Below are positions 58,988-64,000 of a stretch of 64,000 bases of DNA, piece after piece. Each line of letters begins with the position of its first letter. Position 1 is the first letter of the stretch. Below the pieces are notes generated by a model. It searched no databases. It saw only the letters and a list, made by a program, of their open reading frames with translations, and was not told the origin of the DNA. Source of the stretch: a virus; IMG/VR virus record IMGVR_UViG_3300036772_000367, positions 64,001 through 128,000 of that record; one strand, 5' to 3'. Position numbers and translations under genes: made by a program.

Positions 58988-59815
58988 ATGTTGACTTTGT
59001 CTCCGAATCCCCCTGCTATTCGGAATCTTTTGAACGCTGATCTCGATCGACTAGAGTCTTTGTACGGACCGAAGGTGTTGCCGCGCGGACCTCGGGGCTG
59101 TCCGACCTGTAAGGGAACAGGGCACTTCCGATGGAAAACCATTGGTGGTGAACCAGCTGAATGGCAATGCAACTGTTCCGAGCAGTACCAATTACACCTG
59201 TTCTTGCTGAATGCGGGCATAGATCTGCGGTACCAACGGCTGTCCTGGGCGGATATCGAGGGAGTGGAGCCCGAAGCGCTGGCCATGGTGGTGGACTACA
59301 TCGACCATGATCGCGCCTATGTCAACCAGGGGCTTGGTCTGGTACTGCACGGGGTCAACGGCACCGGGAAGACCCTGCTGGCGACACTGTTGCTCAAACG
59401 GCTGCTGAAGAAGAGCTACGACGGCTACTTCACCACCTTCCAGACCTTGATCTCCAACTTCACCGAGGGCTGGTACAACCAGGATCAACGCAAGTGGTTT
59501 GCCAAGCGCATCTACAACGCGGGCCTATTGGTAATCGATGATATCGGTCACGAGGATCGCCGTCGCCTTGAGACCGTTGTACCCATGTTGGATGAGATGG
59601 TGCGTGCTCGGGTCGCCGGAGCGCGGCCTACGTTCCTCACGACGAACTTGTCCTTGAAGGATGTGAAAGATCTATATCTCAACAATGTCATGTCCTTGTT
59701 GATGGGCTCCTCCATCATGCATGAGTTCACGGGTGATGATTACCGATCACGCGAAGCGGAAGAGACGAGGAAGATGGCTCGGGATGGTTTGTGTCGACCC
59801 ATTGTTTTGGAGTGA
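58988..59815 (+). CDS. DnaC-like helicase loader
   Basis: CPTC..CNC Zn site; GVNGTGKT; LLVIDDIG; FLTTN; GDDYR. Confidence 0.9.
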   Translation: MLTLSPNPPAIRNLLNADLDRLESLYGPKVLPRGPRGCPTCKGTGHFRWKTIGGEPAEWQCNCSEQYQLHLFLLNAGIDLRYQRLSWADIEGVEPEALAMVVDYIDHDRAYVNQGLGLVLHGVNGTGKTLLATLLLKRLLKKSYDGYFTTFQTLISNFTEGWYNQDQRKWFAKRIYNAGLLVIDDIGHEDRRRLETVVPMLDEMVRARVAGARPTFLTTNLSLKDVKDLYLNNVMSLLMGSSIMHEFTGDDYRSREAEETRKMARDGLCRPIVLE

Positions 59816-59818
59816 TAC

Positions 59819-61141
59819 ATGAATCATGCTGAGAAGGTGCTCTATCAACATCTTTCCGATGTGGATTCTCTCGATGTCCTGGCAAGAGAGCGCTTCTCTG
59901 TTGAAGAGGTAAGAGAGGTCATTCCCACCGAGGCTGGTCGTTATATTGTCGCGTGGTCGTTGAACTACTACTTCGCCAACGGTCGGAAGGTCGCTCCCAC
60001 TCCTGAAGCCATCACCGAGACCTGGGTGGTGGAGATGGAGCGTGCGGATATTTCATTGGGGGACGGCACCGAAACCGACTCCATTGAGTGGGCCATCGAG
60101 CAGCTTCGTGCCCATCATGCGGTGTGGAAGTCCCAGGAGTTCGTGAAGGGCTTCGCCAGTGCCATCGCCAAGGCCGCCCCCACGGAGAAGGTCGTCGTGG
60201 TCCAGCAGGCCGCTTACGACCTCTATCAGCTCTCCCAGCGCTTGATCAGCCGTCGGGAGGAGTCACAGCTCGCCCCCGGTGTTCAGACGGCCCTGGAGCA
60301 TTACAGGGAGCGTGCGGACACCGAGCAGTCCACGGATGGTCTGACGTTCGGGCTGCCCCTCGTGGACCTGCATACCCATGGTGTGCACGGCGGTGAGATC
60401 TCGGTGTTCGCGGCCGGGTCGGGTGTAGGCAAGTCCTGGTGGGCCGTGAAGACATTGCTGGCCGAGTGGCGGGCCGGACGTCAGGCGGTGCTGTTCACGC
60501 TGGAGCTGTCCATGCTGACGTGTTTCGATCGGATCGCGTGCATGGGTGCCGGCGTGTCCTACCAGCGCTGGCAAGAGGGTCGTGCCACCGAGGACGAAGT
60601 CGACCGAGTGACCCTTCTGATCAAGAACCTGGAGGACAGCCCGATCAAGCCTCTCATTGTCCTACCGCCCTCCGGGGAACGTTCCATGATGGCCATGGTG
60701 CGTCAAGCACAAAGTCATGATGCACAGTCCATCATTATTGACCAGCTCACTTTTGTGGACGTGGTGGAAGGTTCCCGGGCACGACAGCGATGGGAGTCGG
60801 TCGGTGAGAAGATGCACCAGCTGCACGAGCTGATCACGGGAGGCGCCTACCGGCCCTCCGTGTTGCTGATGCACCAGATCAACCGCGATGGTGTCCAGGC
60901 CGCGCAGAAGACTGGGCGGTACGAGATGTGGCACATGGCGGAGGCTGCGGAGGTCGAGCGCACAGCAACCTTCGTGTTCGCTGTCTTCCAGTCACGTATG
61001 GATCAGGTCATGCATCAGGCCAGATTGCAGATCCTGAAGAATCGACGTGGTGCTCTCAAGACGTGGATGATGCTGTGGGAGCTGGAGTTTGGTGCCATCA
61101 AGGCCGACCATGAGCTGGTAGAGGAAGACGATGACGACTGA
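59819..61141 (+). CDS. DnaB-like replicative helicase
   Basis: AGSGVGKS, FTLEL, IIIDQL, HQINR, KNRRG. Confidence 0.9.
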   Translation: MNHAEKVLYQHLSDVDSLDVLARERFSVEEVREVIPTEAGRYIVAWSLNYYFANGRKVAPTPEAITETWVVEMERADISLGDGTETDSIEWAIEQLRAHHAVWKSQEFVKGFASAIAKAAPTEKVVVVQQAAYDLYQLSQRLISRREESQLAPGVQTALEHYRERADTEQSTDGLTFGLPLVDLHTHGVHGGEISVFAAGSGVGKSWWAVKTLLAEWRAGRQAVLFTLELSMLTCFDRIACMGAGVSYQRWQEGRATEDEVDRVTLLIKNLEDSPIKPLIVLPPSGERSMMAMVRQAQSHDAQSIIIDQLTFVDVVEGSRARQRWESVGEKMHQLHELITGGAYRPSVLLMHQINRDGVQAAQKTGRYEMWHMAEAAEVERTATFVFAVFQSRMDQVMHQARLQILKNRRGALKTWMMLWELEFGAIKADHELVEEDDDD

Positions 61142-62210
61142 CTTCTTCGAAGCTGTGTTGCTGGATGACGATGCCAAGGAATCCATCTGTCGCCAGCTCC
61201 TGAGTGAGTTCGGTGTCACCCACATCAATCGCACCGCCAAGGGTGAACTGATCCACTCCTGCTGTCTACCTTTCGGCTCTCATAAGAATGGCGACCGCAA
61301 TCCTTCGGCTTCTCTCAATTTTCGTAAGCTGACTTACAACTGCCTAGGGTGTGGATCACACGGTGGCTTGTTGTGGTTCATCGCCTCGTGCCGGGGTGAG
61401 GACTCCGCGCAGGCCCGAGAGTGGCTGGAGCAGCAGACTGGTCTGGGACAGACCGTCATGGAGCTGCCGACACTGCTGAAGATGATCGATGAGATGTACA
61501 AGCCCCAGGTACACCGACTGCCCCCGATTCCGCGCTACGACGAGGCAGTGTTGCGTCCTTGGACGCACGAGGTGTTCCATCCCTACCTCACCGATGGCCT
61601 ACCCGAGTATGGTGTGCAGGGCCGGCACATCCCGGAACAGACGCTACGTCGCTTCGGGATCGGTTATACCGATCATTATACGGATGGCTCCGAACGCATC
61701 ATCATTCCACAGTGGTGGGATGGTCACTTGGTAGGCTGGCAAGCTCGCCACGTGGATGCTGCCGGCAAGTCTGACAAGTACAAGAACTCGCCTGACTTTC
61801 CTCGGGAACAGACGATTTACAATTACGATCCCCACCAGATCACTGCCCTAGTGGTAGAAAGCCCTATGTCAGTGTTGCGTCATGTCCACCACATGCCGGA
61901 AATAATGGCGACGTTCGGCGCCAAGGTGACTGATGAGCAAATTCGTTTGCTCCAGGTCTTCCCGGATGTCGTGCTGTGGTACGACAATGACACGGCCGGG
62001 TGGCACGCCACCCACCACATCGCGCAGGCATTGGCGCCGTACACCACCGTCTGGGTGGTCTGCTCTCCGTACGCAGCGGATCCCGCCGACCTCCCGGACG
62101 ATGAGGTATGCAGACTGCTCAACGCCATGGAGCCCTACGTGGTGTGGAGTCCACCGACAACGTTGATCCCTTGGAGGGACGATGACACTGCGCAAGACAG
62201 CCCACGGTGA
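61131..62210 (+). CDS. DNA primase
   Basis: Zn-binding N-terminus, ERIIIP, KYKNS, VVES, TFGA, YDNDTAG TOPRIM motif. Confidence 0.9.
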   Translation: MTTDFFEAVLLDDDAKESICRQLLSEFGVTHINRTAKGELIHSCCLPFGSHKNGDRNPSASLNFRKLTYNCLGCGSHGGLLWFIASCRGEDSAQAREWLEQQTGLGQTVMELPTLLKMIDEMYKPQVHRLPPIPRYDEAVLRPWTHEVFHPYLTDGLPEYGVQGRHIPEQTLRRFGIGYTDHYTDGSERIIIPQWWDGHLVGWQARHVDAAGKSDKYKNSPDFPREQTIYNYDPHQITALVVESPMSVLRHVHHMPEIMATFGAKVTDEQIRLLQVFPDVVLWYDNDTAGWHATHHIAQALAPYTTVWVVCSPYAADPADLPDDEVCRLLNAMEPYVVWSPPTTLIPWRDDDTAQDSPR

Positions 62211-62349
62211 AGTACTGGGCACCTCATCGCAGGTCCGCGAGGCATTGATGCAGAGCACCCCATCTTGGTCGCCGGATGACGAAGCTGCCCTCATCGACGA
62301 GAACATGCTGCCTGGTCCCACCGACGACGTCAGTGTGCATACCGAATAG
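62182..62349 (+). CDS. Small hypothetical protein (55 aa, below the track cutoff)
   Basis: GGAGG RBS; ATG to TAG fills the gap. Confidence 0.45.
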   Translation: MTLRKTAHGEVLGTSSQVREALMQSTPSWSPDDEAALIDENMLPGPTDDVSVHTE

Positions 62350-62363
62350 TCAGGAGCAACCCC

Positions 62364-63326
62364 ATGCGTAACGAGTGGGGCGACATCGATATCACCGAGT
62401 ACCTGGCTCGGCTGCCGGATCGAGGAGAATGTCTGACGCATCCCCATCATGGTGTGAGCTATGTTGGCATCGATGGGGACAAGGATGATTGGTCGGTCTT
62501 CGATCGGTACAGTCCTTATCCATTCTTGTCAGAACAACCGCATCTGGTGGGAACAGGACCGGTAGAATGTAGTACGAGTACCGATGTCGCCCTGCTCAAC
62601 GACGTCATCTGGGACACTAATCAGTACTACCGCAAGCTCGGTTTCACCTTTCCTTATCATCCTACCAAGAAGGAACTACGCGTAGCTTTCGTCGAGCACG
62701 GTGGTCCCGACGATGCGTGGTTGATGATGGTGTTCAAGAACCTCATCGACGATAAGATTAGGCGTCTCTATGACGGCACGCCGCTGGGGCAGTTCTTTTT
62801 GGATGCTGATTGGCAGCAACGGTTGAAGCAGCGGGCGTTGCGTGAGGCCCTGCGTCGTGTCCAGGAGTATGGCGAGGGTCTGGCGGACTTCGAGACCGAG
62901 GAGGTCCTGAAGGAGTGGGGGCTCACGGTTGACCCGCCCCAGGGCGACGGCTACGGTGAGGACTCGTCCACATCGGAGGACGCGAAACCGTCAGAGACTC
63001 GTCGTAAGATCCCGTGGCAGTACTCCTACTACCTCTGGCGGTCGACGGAGTACGACACAGAACGACTGGGTCGCTGGCAACAGCTCCTTGTTTCTGCTTT
63101 TGCGCAAAAGAAAGTGCGAAGAACGTTCAGTGTGGGCTACTTCGGGAAACAACCACATCGTTGTCTTGTGTCCGTGGTGGACGGACGACAGGTTCTTTTC
63201 CTCAACGAAGACCAATGGCCCGACGAAGAACTTGCCGCGCACATGGTGATGCAGGTGCTTCTCGATGAGAAGCGAGCACAGATCGGAGCACAACGTGACT
63301 ACCCCCAACTTCAATCGCGGTGGTAA
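62364..63326 (+). CDS. Degenerate J-domain-like protein
   Basis: NQYYRKLG...TKKELRVAF...GPD...RRLYD; canonical HPD absent. Confidence 0.6.
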   Translation: MRNEWGDIDITEYLARLPDRGECLTHPHHGVSYVGIDGDKDDWSVFDRYSPYPFLSEQPHLVGTGPVECSTSTDVALLNDVIWDTNQYYRKLGFTFPYHPTKKELRVAFVEHGGPDDAWLMMVFKNLIDDKIRRLYDGTPLGQFFLDADWQQRLKQRALREALRRVQEYGEGLADFETEEVLKEWGLTVDPPQGDGYGEDSSTSEDAKPSETRRKIPWQYSYYLWRSTEYDTERLGRWQQLLVSAFAQKKVRRTFSVGYFGKQPHRCLVSVVDGRQVLFLNEDQWPDEELAAHMVMQVLLDEKRAQIGAQRDYPQLQSRW

Positions 63327-64000
63327 ACGCGCGGAAGAGGAAGCGAAGAAGCGTAATACCGGCTTCGCGAAAACTCCGTGGTTGCGCCTGGAGGATGGCG
63401 ACCAGGTCTATCTGCGCCTGATCGATGATTCCGAAGACTGGATCTGGGTCAACCAGCACGAGTTCATCTCCACTAAGGGCGCTCCGCCAGACTTCAAGGC
63501 CGAGGGCAACAAGAAGTGGCCCACCACCATGGGCGCTGTGTGTCGTCGCGACGAGGCATTCCAGGGCATCTACAACGACTGCTACATCTGTGACCACGTC
63601 ACTAAAGATGGCAAAAAGGCTCGTCCAGCCCTGCGGCTCTATGCTCGTGCGGTGGAGCGGGAGCAGGTCCTGGGTACGCAGGAAATGCTGGAGGCAGGCA
63701 AGCTTGATCAGTACCCAGATCCGTCCAAAATGGTTGATCGTCGAGTAGGTTTCAAGGATGCCCAGGTGGAAGAGCCTATCCTGGATAAGGAAGGGAAGCC
63801 CACCGGCAAAACCGAGATGCGGCGCAAGATTGTTGTGCTGCGGTTCGGCATGAAGAACTTCTTCGGTGCCCTGCAAGGTCTATATGACGTGTACGGCAAA
63901 CTCACCGACAAAGATCTATCGGTGACCCGCAAGGGCTCTGACACCGACACGGTGTACTCCATCGTTCCTCTAGAGCCCACCCCAGGTCACGACTTGGCTG
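63295..64000 (+). CDS. ssDNA-binding protein, truncated at the window end
   Basis: Open frame from GTG: WLRLEDGDQVYLRL...WVNQHEF...CYICD...VTRKGSDTDTVYSI; gp32-like layout in the replication cluster. Confidence 0.7.
   Translation, partial: MTTPNFNRGGKRAEEEAKKRNTGFAKTPWLRLEDGDQVYLRLIDDSEDWIWVNQHEFISTKGAPPDFKAEGNKKWPTTMGAVCRRDEAFQGIYNDCYICDHVTKDGKKARPALRLYARAVEREQVLGTQEMLEAGKLDQYPDPSKMVDRRVGFKDAQVEEPILDKEGKPTGKTEMRRKIVVLRFGMKNFFGALQGLYDVYGKLTDKDLSVTRKGSDTDTVYSIVPLEPTPGHDLA

Noticed and set aside
1-64000. Genome-wide TAG reassignment
   Set aside because: Several genes end cleanly in TAG (1725, 16911, 22355, 39209, 54366) and only one internal TAG was found.

Overview
The window is part of a large, GC-rich actinobacteriophage with a contractile tail. 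Gene order and families resemble mycobacteriophage cluster C and Rhodococcus E3-type myoviruses (recognised from memory, no search run). Positions 1-39.2 kb hold the virion module: protease, scaffold, decoration protein, major capsid, neck, sheath, tube, frameshifted tail chaperones, tape measure, baseplate and a large tail protein, with two free-standing endonucleases inserted. An accessory region spans 39.3-53.3 kb, lysis genes 53.4-55.1 kb, and replication genes 55.3-64 kb. Most notable observations: (1) A ~470-nt non-coding region at 45911-46377 (- strand) folds into two tandem circularly permuted tRNA-like domains with no anticodon loops. It lies directly behind a conserved 256-aa gene whose 5' UTR shares the RNA's AAGCUC-like motif. 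(2) A TnpB with intact catalytic residues, no transposase and its own promoter is followed immediately by a type I-E-like CRISPR array that decays into ~16 units keeping only the repeat's 3' 'GGGTGTTCC' end. A DinG helicase is divergent from TnpB and no cas genes are present in the window. (3) The tail tube gene has an in-frame TAG in a TCT-TAG-TCC 'stop-hop' context. (4) A CTGTC-N21-23-AAGRRNTG motif, probably a late promoter, occurs nine times. (5) A degenerate copy of the capsid gene 3' end sits next to an endonuclease promoter.
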